Source: Octopus vulgaris
Taxonomy: Eukaryota
Assembly: GCA_951406725.2 (NCBI GenBank)
Contig: OX597831.1
Span: 35,154,001 to 35,218,000 of the forward strand
DNA length: 64,000 bases
Reading direction: 5' to 3'
The notes below the pieces were generated by a model. It saw nothing but the letters and a program-made list of their open reading frames with translations. It did not search any database and had not been told where the DNA came from. The translations under genes and the position numbers were made by a program. Shown one piece after another: positions 14,271-26,894 of this stretch (positions within the stretch are counted from its first letter, which is position 1; every line of letters starts with the position of its first letter).

Positions 14271-14748
14271 AATATGGGAAATATCTGAAGATCCCCCCTC
14301 TACTCAGCTCCCTTCATCACCATTATCACTCTGACCCTCCTTTTCTCACTAATCCACCAACACTTATCCTTTCCTCAATATTAAAAAAGGTTAATGGTTT
14401 CAGTCAGAGGAAAGGACTGAGCAAAACATGTGTAGAAAGGTAAGATCTGTGTTTAGGACATAGACCTAGATAAATGGAGGGTAATAACAGAGTTAATTTC
14501 AATGGACTAATATAAGCCAGTTGTCTTGTTCATTTATTTCTTGGCTGTTATTTTTTTTTCTTGCACATTTGATGAATTTGCCACCTAGGCCTAAACAACT
14601 AGACTTCATATTTTGAATTACAATAATGAAGACAGAGTTGATATATAAAATAATCTTACACCTTTTGTTAAAATCTTGAAGAATGGTTTTAATAAATTTA
14701 AAAACATTGTTTATAAAAGATAAACAGACAGACATATACATAGCTAGA

Positions 14749-15170
14749 TACTCTTTACTCTTTTTACTCTTTTACTTGTTTCAGTCATTTGACTGCGGCC
14801 ATGCTGGAGCACCACCGTTAATCGAGCAACTCGACCCCGGGACTTATTCTTTGTTAGCCCAGTACTTTTTCTATCGGTCTCTTTTGCCGAACCGCTAAGT
14901 GACAGGGACATAAACACACCAGCATTGGTTGTCAAGCAATGCTAGGGGGACAAATACAGATACACAAACATACACACACACATATATATATATATATACA
15001 TATATACGACTGGCTTCTTTCAGTTTCCGTCTACCAAATCCACTCACAAGGCTTTGGTCGGCCCGAGGCTATAGTAGAAGACATTTGCCCAAGGTGTCAC
15101 GCAGTGGGACTGAACTCGGAACCATGTGGCTGGTAAGCAAGCTACTTACCACACAGCCACTCCTGCACCT
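14749..15170 (-). mobile_element. SINE family A
   Basis: Reverse-complement copy with CpGs largely retained (young). Confidence 0.88.
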
Positions 15171-15179
15171 ATGATAGAT

Positions 15180-15875
15180 AGATAAAGTATAATAAAATAA
15201 AATAAATTGAAATAAATTGAGGCAAGAGTGAAGTTTAGTTCCGTCCCAGGTCAAACTAGATCTAACACTCCTTTGATCAAAATTTCTTTTGATTCCTGTT
15301 TTCAACAACAGATTTAACGATTCTGAAGTTAAAGAAAAAATGAATTTTTCATCACCCCAACCAAATTTCTTTTCCTGTTTGTGATATATTTTTGATGATT
15401 TATTGCCAGTTGCTTAGGATAATTTCCCACTTTAATCTATCATAAACCAAAAGAGTAGCAGTTTATTTATTTATTTATTTATTTATTCTCTGAGCTTTTT
15501 TTTTTATTTATAGGAGATGTGAGATGATGTTACTTATTTAACATGTTTTCTCTAGGTTAAAGATCTTAGTATATTGAGGCAGCTTTTACCTTTTTTTTTA
15601 AGAGACAAATTTGAGAGGGAATTAAACAGTGGTGTATTGTGGTTGTTGTATTGGGTATGCTGCCACATCCAGTGCCACCAAATTTCAAGCAGGGGTATAA
15701 GAAAAATTTTCCATCAGGAAAAGAAATTTGGTTGGGGTGATGAAAAATTCATTTTTTCTTTTACTTCAGGAATCAAAAGAAATTTTGATCAAAGGAGTGT
15801 TAGATCTAGTTTGACCTGGGACGGAACTAAACTTCACACTTGCCTCAATTTATTTCAATTTATTCTACTTTATCT
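15180..15875. repeat. Inverted duplication (arms 15180-15377 and 15715-15875)
   Basis: Arm 2 is the reverse complement of arm 1 apart from two small deletions and a few substitutions. Confidence 0.92.
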
Positions 15876-16652
15876 GAAGCACCATCCGATCGTGGCTGTT
15901 TGCCAGACTCGTCTGGCACCTGTGCCGGTGGCACGTAAAAAGCACCCACTACACTCACAAAGTGGTTGGCGTTAGGAAGGGCATCCAGCCGTAGAAACAT
16001 TGCCAGATCAGACTGAGCCTGGTGCAGCCTTCTGGCCTCCCAGACCCCAGTTGAACCGTCCAACCCATGCTAGCATGGAAAGCGGACGCTAAACGATGAT
16101 AATGATGATGATTTGTGATTAAACTATTGAGTTAATATTTATAATAAATTTGCCATTTTCAATGGGTGTGCAGCACATACCTAGCACACCTGGAATATTC
16201 ACCCTTGGAATTAAAACCCCAATCTAGTCTTATGCTGACGAGATAATGCTCACAGACTGACAACACCTCAAGGGCAGTGAAGCACCATCTCTTGATACCA
16301 ACCCCCTATATACAATTCCATTCATACACTGAAAGCTTCCTCCCCTACCAAAAAAAAAAAAAAAAAAGTGATTCCTGATTTAGGTGCAGGGCCAATCATC
16401 TTGATATCGACTATGGAGGGATGAAAGATAAAGTTGACCCTGGTGGAATTTGAAGTCAGAAGGTAAGGAGCTGAATCAAATTCAACAATGAATTTTGTTT
16501 CCTTGACGCTCTAACAATTCTTCCAATCTTGACTGATAAAACACATGCACTCGCGCACTCACATGCGAGGGATGAAGCCAAAATATTGGATGGTCATAGT
16601 TGGAATTCATTTAATCATAGGTCTTTTCGATCAGGACTAACTTCGAACTCAA

Positions 16653-16692
<40 letters not shown>

Positions 16693-16859
16693 ATCTACAT
16701 ATATACATAACATGCCAATTTTGTATAGTTGCTGTGCAACAGATGTGACCGAGTCGGTATTGTGGTGGTGATGGGGGAAGGAATCACGGATGAGGTATTG
16801 AAAGGAATTACTAATAATGCTTTCTACTATAGGTACAAGGCCTGACATCTCCTAGGAGA

Positions 16860-17473
16860 AAGGTACTACTTATTTCGTTGACCTCGGCGGAATTTGAGGT
16901 CAGACCGTAAAGACGAACGAAATGCCGCTAAGCATTTTGTCCGGCGGGCAAACGGTCCTGCCGTTTATAAGGTCGCTGCTTTATAAAAAGGAATTGTTAA
17001 TTATGACGACGACGACGACGATCGGTACTGCTGGTCACTCCCACCCCTGGTATCCGCTCTAATTGTTCATTTTCTCGAGAGAGAGAGAAAGAAAAGATTA
17101 ACGACTAGTTGAAGGGAGGTAACTCTAGATGCCCAGAAAAGCTAATTTAATCTCAAAAGACGAAGAAACAACCGTTTGAAACGGTGACTTGATAGTGATT
17201 TAGTTGTTGTTTTCAGTAGGTCGAGCGACAACGTAAAGGCCCTCTCTCTCTCCCCCCCCTCTCTCTCTTTCTCCCCGTCTCTTTATGTAGACATTTACTT
17301 ATTCGGCGCTATTCAATCGATCGGTCAGTTTAACAATATCCTTGGATGCCTTTGCGAGCATTTAGACTAACAATAACTCGAAGCGCTGCTTCTTTTTCAC
17401 TGCAGTGAATCATGCATTGTAGTTTCCTGGTGGAAATAGTTGCCAAATATACCTCGCATCACACCCTATCATA

Positions 17474-17525
<52 letters not shown>

Positions 17526-18240
17526 GTATATAACAAATTAATAAATAAAACATATGCATATATACATACATATATGTACGTATCTACATGTATATATACA
17601 TGCATATATGGATACAGGACACCAAAAAAAGAAAAAAACGTCGAACACAATGAGAAACGAAAACATAAACACAAAACCAAGGAAATGGACATTTTTCTTA
17701 AACAACGAAAAAATAGAGTACAGGACATACAATACAAGGAAAGAAAATATAAATAAATAAAACTAAAAACGGGGAGACACTTTGGATAAGGTAGTCATAT
17801 ATTATCTTGTAGTTACTAATGTATAATGCGTGGAATTTGATAGGAAAACGTTAGGCATAAAATCTAGAAGGCCGTCGCGTTGTGTTCGATTGTGTGTGTG
17901 TGTCCAAACTGAGGGAGTGGAACAGGTAAATTGCTCGCTACTTATCTAGCTAAGAAGCATATGTAGCGTTCATTTTACCTGTTTCACTCCCTCAATTTGG
18001 ATTTTTATTCGCCTTTTTGAGCAGCTTTAGATGCTAACTGTGAGTTATATAGCTTATCGACGAGGGAAAAGTGTGTAATTCTCGATGCCAATAAATTGCT
18101 ATCTCATCGTATACTATCCACTTTGTGTTTTTCTATACCTGCCCCTCGTTACTCGAAGCTTACAAACTTCCTACACTCGGATCTCCGGATTTTATATATA
18201 TATTGATTTTTAGGTCGAGGAAGTGGAGGATGCATTCTGT
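16860..18240. promoter_or_regulatory. CpG-retaining region, candidate promoter
   Basis: Visibly more CG dinucleotides in non-repeat sequence than in the CpG-depleted flanks; not computed. Confidence 0.35.
17903..18001. repeat. 99-nt imperfect hairpin
   Basis: 39-nt arms, 34/39 Watson-Crick matches, ~21-nt loop. Confidence 0.88.
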
Positions 18241-18536
18241 TTGAATTTCGTATTTAAAAATAAACACTGGATTTTTTTTTTTTATTAAAAAACAAAAAGG
18301 GTATGGTCACTAATGGAACGTCTGTAATGGTTATTTCTCTTGAGCAAGTTTGAGATGGGTCTAAACACCACCAGCTAATGCAAGTCATGTAATTTAGGAT
18401 GCCACTAGAAGAATGTGATTTTACAAAAAATATCTGAAATTATGAATTTTTAAAAGTATTTTTATTATTTTGATTCTTTTAATAATTTTCACTTAGATCA
18501 TCATCATAATCACCAGCACTACCACCACCACTATCA

Positions 18537-18571
<35 letters not shown>

Positions 18572-18717
18572 ATCATCATCATCATCAAGAGAGTGAGCTG
18601 GCACAATTGTTAGCACACCAGGCAAAATGCTTAGCGGTATTTCATCTATCTTTATGTTCCACTGAGTTCGATTTTGCCTTTCATCCTTTTGTACCAGTTG
18701 CCTACTGGGGTCAAAAG

Positions 18718-19131
18718 ATGCAGGCATACTTGTGTGGTTAAGAAGCTTACTTTACAACCATGTGGTGTGAGGTTCAGTCCCACTGCATACCATCTTGGAC
18801 AAGTGTCTTCTATTTCAGTCCCATACTGATCAGTTCCTTGCGAGTGAACTGGTTGGTGGAAACTGTGTGGAAGCCTATCATGTGTGTGTGTATGTATTTA
18901 TGTATGCATGTCTTTGGTTTTGTGATCATTCCTCCATACCACTTAATAAAAGGTGTTGGTTTGTTTATGTCTCTGTAACTTAGCAGTTCAGCAAAACATA
19001 TTCCAATAGAATAAGAACCAGACGTGAAAAAAAAAAAAAGAAAAATAAAGTACTGGGGTTGATTTGTTTGACTAAATCCCGTCAAAGTGGTGCTCCAGCA
19101 TGGCTGCAGTCCACTGACTGAAACAAGTCAA
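18718..19131 (+). mobile_element. SINE family A (older copy)
   Basis: Diverged match to family A. Confidence 0.75.
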
Positions 19132-20264
19132 ATATTCTTCTCTACTCTAGGCACAAGGCTCTAAAATTTTGGGGAGGGTGCCAGTCGATTAGATCGACCC
19201 CAGTAAGCAACTAGTACTTAATTTATCGACCCTGAATGGATGAAAAGCAAAATCAACCTTGGCAGGATTTGATCTCAGAACACAGACAGATGAAATACTG
19301 CTAAGCATTTTGCCCGACATGCTAACATTTCTGCCAGCTTGTCGCCTATATTACAATAAAAGATGTGAAGTTCTTGAATTTTTCTGTTTACTTAATCTGT
19401 TACTAGAACAAGTTCTCTTTCATACAGTATCATCAGCTCAGCAGGAGACAAGAAGAAAGAATGTTAGATGAGAAAACGGGGGCATTTTCTATCTGACTCT
19501 TCGCTTTGCTTCACTGTGTTTAAAATCCCACAAGGTCTGATAACACTGGCTTTTATCCTTCTAACGTAGATAGTGTCAGTGCCAAAAATACATACAATGA
19601 GGGACAAACCATGAAATATCGTATGAACTCCTGGAGGATGAAGTCTACAATAAAAGTGGCTCTGATTCTAAGTTGTTGCCATTTCTCTCTTCATTCACGT
19701 ACTTGATGCTTTTGGAAATGCATGAACATCCAGTCATCATATCCAGTCCTCTCTGCTATGCATCTTAGGCTTCAGTAGGCTAGGCATAACTACTTGGCTG
19801 GTAGACTTAATCTCTCCGACCATGTCTGCCTGTCTGTTTGTCCTGGGTATGATTAACCTGCCTCTGGTAGTGGACCCCTTGTATGAGAGTTCCATGGTTC
19901 TGAGGTATGTGGAACCACTTCTTAGCCAGTCTTGTTTCCAGGTTTCCTCTCTCCCAGAGTTGTAGTACTGGTTAGGGTCCCAGCTATGGGTTAATTAGCA
20001 TATGAGAACTTCATTCTAGGAGAAGGTAAGCTTATATGAAAATAACGTAAAGTGCAGTTGGCTTTTGGTTGTCTCAACCTCTGTTGTGTCACTGGTTTTA
20101 TAGCCAACTGCGTTGAAAAGTGGGTTCAGTGCAGTGCCAGACTTTATCCATTCACATCAAATTCATGCACAAGAACTTCTTGGCTCTTGGAAAGTTTGCT
20201 CTGATACTCTGAGTTTAGGGAAGTGGTCTTACTCAGTGATGACTTCCCTCATGACTGCTTAGAT

Positions 20265-20284
<20 letters not shown>

Positions 20285-20295
<11 letters not shown>

Positions 20296-20674
20296 AAGCT
20301 GAAGTTGTCTGTGTATGGCAGGTTTGGTAGCCTTCAACTAACACTATATCCTCCGAGACCCTGCGGTGCAAGTTGACCAAAATTGAGAGTATGATAGAAA
20401 AAGGCTTGCTCTTCCTTCCATAGAAGAAAAAATTCAAATTGGACCATGTTAACACCAAAAATTATTTACCTCAAAAAGGCGCTTTTTTTCTATGAAAATC
20501 CCTATTTTTTACGATTTTTTTTACTGCTGTGTTGCCATTTTTCGCTGTATTTCAACCAGAAAAAATGTTCACTTAAAGACAATAACAAGCTACATAACAC
20601 AAAACTTTTACTTTTCAAAGATTCCAATTCTAAAGGGTCGAAACAAACCCGAGCAACTCTGGGCGATACTGCTA

Positions 20675-20675
<1 letters not shown>
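20285..20675 (+). mobile_element. Non-autonomous Helitron-like element
   Basis: Starts in TATATATAAAGCTGAAG; 3' hairpin CCCGAGCAACTCTGGG about 8 nt before a terminal CTAG|T; no TSD. Confidence 0.7.
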
Positions 20676-20712
<37 letters not shown>

Positions 20713-20964
20713 AGGGTTGGTGTAATCACTAATCACCCAAAGTGGGTGTGTGGGTGTAAAGGAAATAAAAAGTTCTCATGTTAAAACACCAAGAATTAAA
20801 AACTTATTCCTTACATAGTATTAATAGGAAATTCTATGTTTTTATCTACTTATTTATTATTATCACCATTATTATTTTTGTTTGCTTTTGTGTTTATGGT
20901 CTTGTGTGGCAAGATAGGAAGATCAAACCATAGTATAGTTTGTAACTATGTCATAAATAAGTAT

Positions 20965-21080
20965 AATGAATGCGTGCGTGTGTATGTGTGTGTGTATATA
21001 TGTATGTATATATGTGTGTATATATGTATGTATATATATGTATATGTATGTATGTGTATGTATGTATGTAAGTATGTTTG

Positions 21081-21147
<67 letters not shown>

Positions 21148-21200
21148 ATATGTATGTATGTATGTATATGTTTGTATGTATGTATATGTATATATGTTTA
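20965..21200. repeat. TA/TATG microsatellite
   Basis: Read directly; a similar tract lies at 22018-22255. Confidence 0.9.
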
Positions 21201-21202
21201 TA

Positions 21203-21753
21203 CTAGCTGGTGTACCTGGTAATTCCCGGGGATGAAGATGTTCTATTGAAATGCCTTATTACTATGATATAAGAAAGCAATTTCGTTATAACTGCCACAA
21301 AATGTGTATTTTCCGTCATGAAAAAGTACAAAAAACTGTCAGCTGGAGGAGGGAGAGATTGTTGTAGGTTGGCAAGAGAGGTTTTCAGAGGCTGATGAGA
21401 AAGATTGTCGGTAGTTGGTGAGAGATGTTGTCCGAGGTTGGCGAGAGGCAAAGACATTATTCTGCTTAGCGAAGGCATCTGGGAAATGTATAACTGCTGT
21501 TATTCACAGAAAACCTATTGTTTTACCATGAGAAAAGCGCTGTAGAAATGTTAAGTGAAATTTGGCAATTGAGGATCGAATCCATGCTATACTTGCATGA
21601 AGCCACTATAAATACATTGTGGAATAAAAAATTTATCTACTGTTATGGAAAAAGTGCAACTGTAAAAATGCAGAATTATCGGAGTAATGGGCATTCAAAA
21701 AAGTATGTATGTATAGAAATGTATACATTTATGTATGTATAGAAATGTATAGA
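21203..21753 (-). mobile_element. Non-autonomous Helitron-like element
   Basis: Minus strand begins A|TCTATAC at 21753 and ends with hairpin CCCGGGAATTACCAGG followed by CTAG|T at 21203. Confidence 0.65.
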
Positions 21754-22154
21754 TTATAATGTTGGCAACTGAAATAGGGATAAGAATGTGCATTGTCCGT
21801 TTGATTGGAAAATTCTATAAGTGGCTGAAGATTGCTCGACATTTTAAAACTGATGTAATACAGTGTTTAATAAAATGAAGTAGCATGAAACAATTGTACT
21901 ACTCTACCTTGGATATACTTGTTGCTTATTTTGTTTATAGTCACTCCATTTGATTTATATGGATAATACCATACAAAATTCTGGTGCCTTTAACTTAAGT
22001 ACCATATTCATCTGAATCTATATATACATATATATATGTATATATATATATATATATACGTATATATATGTCTATGTGTGTATATATATATGTATATATA
22101 TATATATATATATACGTATATATATGTCTATGTGTGTATATATATATATATACA

Positions 22155-22196
<42 letters not shown>

Positions 22197-22451
22197 GTAT
22201 GTGCGTATAATATATATGTACACATACTCACACACACACACACACACACGTACATATTTTATCTAAATGAGAAACATAAAAAAATAAAAAAGAACTTTAA
22301 TTCTTCAATCTATTTTCCTTTCAATTAAATCTTCTCTTTGAACTTTGATTGAAAATAAGGAACAAGATTAGGTTAAAAGTACTCTTATTTCCAAAGATAA
22401 GAGGAATCGGTGACAAATAAAGTCAACTTCATCACAACTATCATTTAAGAA

Positions 22452-22492
<41 letters not shown>

Positions 22493-22493
<1 letters not shown>

Positions 22494-22655
22494 GGCGTAG
22501 GAGTAGCTGTGTGGTAAGTAGCTTGCTTACCAACCACATGGTTCCAGATTCAGTCCCACTGCATGGCACCTTGGGCAAGTGTCTTCTACTATAGCATCAG
22601 GCCGACCAAAGCCTTGTGAGTGGATTTGGTAGATGGAAACTGAAAGAAGCCTGTC

Positions 22656-22707
<52 letters not shown>

Positions 22708-22915
22708 ATATGTTTGTGTATCTGTGTTTGTCTCCCAACATCGCTTGACAACTGATGCAGGTGTGTTTACGTCCCCCGTAACTTAGCGGTTTGGCAAATG
22801 GTACCAATAGAATAAGTACTAGGCTTACAAAGAATAAGTCCTGGGGTCGATTTGCTCGACTAAAGGTGGTGCTCCAGCATGGCCACAGTCAAATGACTGA
22901 AACACGTAAAAGAGT
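22493..22915 (+). mobile_element. tRNA-derived SINE family A (full length, internal (TA)n)
   Basis: A-box-like TAGCTGTGTGG and B-box-like GATTCAGTCCC; body ...AAGAAGCCTGTCG(TA)n...CAGCATGGCCACAGTCAAATGACTGAAAC. Many copies in the window. Confidence 0.88.
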
Positions 22916-22950
22916 ATTATTATTATCATCATCATCGTCATTGTTATTAT

Positions 22951-23817
22951 TAAGGTGGTGTGGCGAAATGTTTTGCAGTGCCTTCATCTGGTGTTACGTT
23001 CTGAGTTCAGATTTCACCAAGGTTGACTCTGCCTTTCATCCTTTCAGGGTCGATAGATTATGTAACAGGGAAACATCGGGGTTAATGTAATCAACTATCA
23101 CCCTCCCCCAAAATTTCAGGCCTTGTGCCTGTAGTTGAAAGGATTATCATTATTATTATTATTAAGGCGGTGAAGTGACTGAGTCATTAGCATGCTGGGC
23201 AAAATGCTTAGCGGTATTTCGCCTGTTGCTACATTCTGAGTTCAAATTCTGCTGAGGTCGACTTTGTCTTTCATCCTCATAAATTAAGTACCAGTGCAAT
23301 GCTGGGGGCCAATATAATTGACTAGTCCCTTCCCTGCCAAAATGGCTGCCCTTGTGGCAAAATTTGATGCCAGTCATTATTATTATTAAGGTGATGAGCT
23401 GGCAGAATTGTTAGCACATTGGGCAAAATGCTTAGCATAATTTCTCTTGTCTTCACATTCTGAGTTCAAATTCGACCCGGATCGATTTTGCCTTTCACCC
23501 TTCCTGTGTTGATAAAATAAGTAGCAGCTGGACACTAGGGTCAATGTAATTGACTTACCCCCACCCCACCCCATTGTTGGCCTTGTGCCAAAATTTGAAA
23601 CCATCATTATTAAGGCGTTGAGCTGGCAGAATTGTTTGTACACAAGCTAAATGGTTAGCACCATTTCATCTGTCTTTACATTCTGAGTTCAAATTCCACC
23701 TGGTCAACTTTACCTTTCATCCTTTTTGTGTTGATAATATTAGTACCACTTGCACACTGGGGTCAGAGTAACCAATTTATTCCCTCCCCTGATATTGCTG
23801 GCCTTGTGCCAAAATTA
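22951..23817 (+). repeat. Head-to-tail array of four SINE-B copies separated by (ATT)n
   Basis: TTAAGGC/TG heads at ~22951, 23163, 23386 and 23610, each ending CCTTGTGCC...ATTATT. Confidence 0.8.
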
Positions 23818-24359
23818 TCATTATTATTATTATTATTATTATTGTTGTTGAGTGAGAGAGCAGTGCATGCCATCAAAGTGACACTGGGGTACAAATATAC
23901 AAAGCCCAATATAACCATCATAACTACCTGTCTGATAAGGGTACACCAGGCACATGCATCACAACCATATGTGCACAGCATGGTGATCTCATATTAAGAT
24001 AAACAGTGCATGACCTTGCAGGTGGGGCCCAGTTAGAATTTTCTTCAGGTCGAGTAGCCCATTCCATTCAAAAGGTCATTGAATGAGGGTTGTTTAAGGA
24101 TGATGAATGAAACACCCATGTTTCCAGAGGTGAATTATTCAAGCACCAAAGAATTCCTCTCAACACATGACTATGATGCTCCTCTACTACTTCTGCTCAT
24201 GAACAGAGATGCACATATTGTCAGCCACCAAAGTACATGCTCAACTGGTTACAGTCAAGCAACTGTCAAACAAATCTCTGGCATTGAGCAGAATATTTGT
24301 TGTCGACCATCTTTTTATAACACTTCCAATCAGTTGAGATCAGAATTATTATTATTATT

Positions 24360-24690
24360 TACTTTTAATCTGCATGTTTGTTACAATCACTTATCCTTGA
24401 GTGAAGGATAAGAGATGTTACAGTATGACTGAAAGCTTGGGGAGGGGAAGTGGCAGAGGCAGTAGCAAAATATTTTCATATAATACAACAGACATTTAAA
24501 TTGATAGGGTTTTTCTAAGGATGTGGGCAGTATTTGTTAGCTCAATCTTCTGGATTTCTCTGAGACATGGTTCTCCTGGGATATTATCTAGATGTTTTTG
24601 ACATCCCTTTCTTATCATACCTAGGGCACCCACAATAACAGGAACAGTTTTCACTTTATGATGCCACCTCTTCTGTATTTCAATTTCCAG
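24360..24690 (-). mobile_element. R4/Dong-clade (RLE endonuclease) LINE 3' fragment within (TAA)n
   Basis: LEIEIQKRWHHKVKTVPVIVGALGMIRKG...IQKIELTNTAHILRKTLSI* (stop at 24496-24498), flanked by TAA/TTA microsatellite on both sides. Confidence 0.85.
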
Positions 24691-24737
<47 letters not shown>

Positions 24738-25849
24738 ATAGATACCAAGTTCAGATGACACTGTACACAGTGGATTATTCTCCATATTTTCTAATCTATC
24801 CACCCAACAAGTACCTCTTTTTAAACATTTGAGTGAATTAATGCCTGCTATTTTAATTTTTTATGGCAATTACTGGAGAAGTTGGGGAGTTATAAAATGA
24901 AATTTAATCTAGATTTCTATTTAATTAGTGTACGTGAATAGAAAATTTAGAATTAAGAACAGCGTTATAATTTAAATTTTAATTAGTATTTGGCTTCCTT
25001 CATTAAAAAAATACAAATATGAAATAAAGCTACTCAAGTAATTATTATATTCCCCAAACAGTAGTTAATAATTTAGAAGTTATTTTAGGCTTAGATATAG
25101 CTGTGTGGTTAAGAAGCTTACTTTCTAGCTATGTGGTTTCGAGTTCAGACCCTCTGCATGGCTCTTTGGGCAAGTGTCTTTTACTTGGACTGACCAATGT
25201 CTTGTGAAAGAATTTGGTAGACAGAAACAGCTGTTGGATTTGTAATACTTTTCCTGCACCCCTTTAATTCTCTATTTCATTTGTACTCTGTGTAAGTCAG
25301 ACTTTTTTTTATATGTATACATATATACATTTTTTGTATTTCATATTTAAAGCACTTTACATATTGATCTGTCTGATTTGCTTATCACTACATTCACTTC
25401 TAAACCCACACAAGTTTAAATCTCTTGAACACTACTAAGTGTATTCTATGTGGAGAATATCTGATTCTTGTCTATGACCTATATATATATATATATATAT
25501 CAAAAGCACCATTTGAGTTTGATCATGGCCAGTGTCACCTGACTGGCTCCTGTGCCAGTGGTATGTAAAAAGCACCATTCGAGCATGGTCATTGCCAGTG
25601 TTGCCTGACTAGCTCCTGTGCAAGTGGCATGTAAAAGGCACCATTTGAGCATGGTTGATGCCAGGCCCACCTGAATGGCGTTTGTGCTGGTGGCATGTTA
25701 AGCACCCACTACACTCTTGGAGTGGTTGACGTTAGGAGGGGCATCCAGCTGTAGAAACTTTGCCTGATCAGTCAAACAGTCCAACCCATGCCAGTATGGA
25801 AAACAGATGTTAAACAACGACGATGATATATATATATAGATATATATAT

Positions 25850-25912
<63 letters not shown>

Positions 25913-26894
25913 TATATATATCGAGTGTCCTGGTGGAATTTTGAACCCAACTCTGTGTTCTAATTCCTTAAGGGATTTTTTTTTGTTATTATTATTTATT
26001 CAAGACACTGCCTGGAATTGAACTTGGAATCTTGGGGTTAGTAGCCCATGTTCTTAACCACTATGCTATATGCTCATGTGCAATTATAGAGTGAATTTTA
26101 GGGCTTATAAACTCTATATTTTTGTATCCTTCCTTAATACCGGTTCCCATATTCTACTCTGATGAAGGTCTGGAGAGTAAATCAACCAAAGCATTGTGGT
26201 AACAACAAACAAGATGAGGACACATATCCATCCAATGTAAATAATGTAAATAATATACAGAATTCATCATCTCTAAAATATAGAACAGAGACTACATTAT
26301 CCAGTGTGTGTTTGTTTTTTAAGACAATGGGGTATGATTTGAGAGGAATTTGGTTGCTATTTCTAGCAGATTTAATGATCTCATGGAAGCTCTTGGCTTG
26401 TTTATAAAAAAACAACAGCTCTGTGCAAATTCTCTCCACTCCTCCTTGTATCAGTCACCTATTCTTCACCCATGACTCTCTTCTGTCTGTATGTTATTCA
26501 TAATCTAAGTGCATTTGTTTGTTCTTGGTGACTTTCCTTTTTATCCTTTTTCTTTTATCTTTGCTATCAAAAATAGAAAAGAAAGAAAAACAACATAAAA
26601 CACAAACACAAAAAAAATAAATAAAAGAACTCTACTTTAATATCAACCAACTATGGAAATCAATACGGAATATTTATTGTCTTTTAAAAGTGTTTTTGAA
26701 AGCGTTATTTAAGTAGGTTACAAAAGATTTTCAACAGGTGGTTACTGTTCAGTTTGCCATGGTTACTCTTGTTAACAGATGTGTTATGGACAGCAAATTG
26801 GTTGGACTGGTAGGGAACCAGATTAAAGATGACTTTGTAGCCTTTTAGTTACTAAGTTCAAATTGCAATAGTTGACTTTTTTTTTATTACCTCA

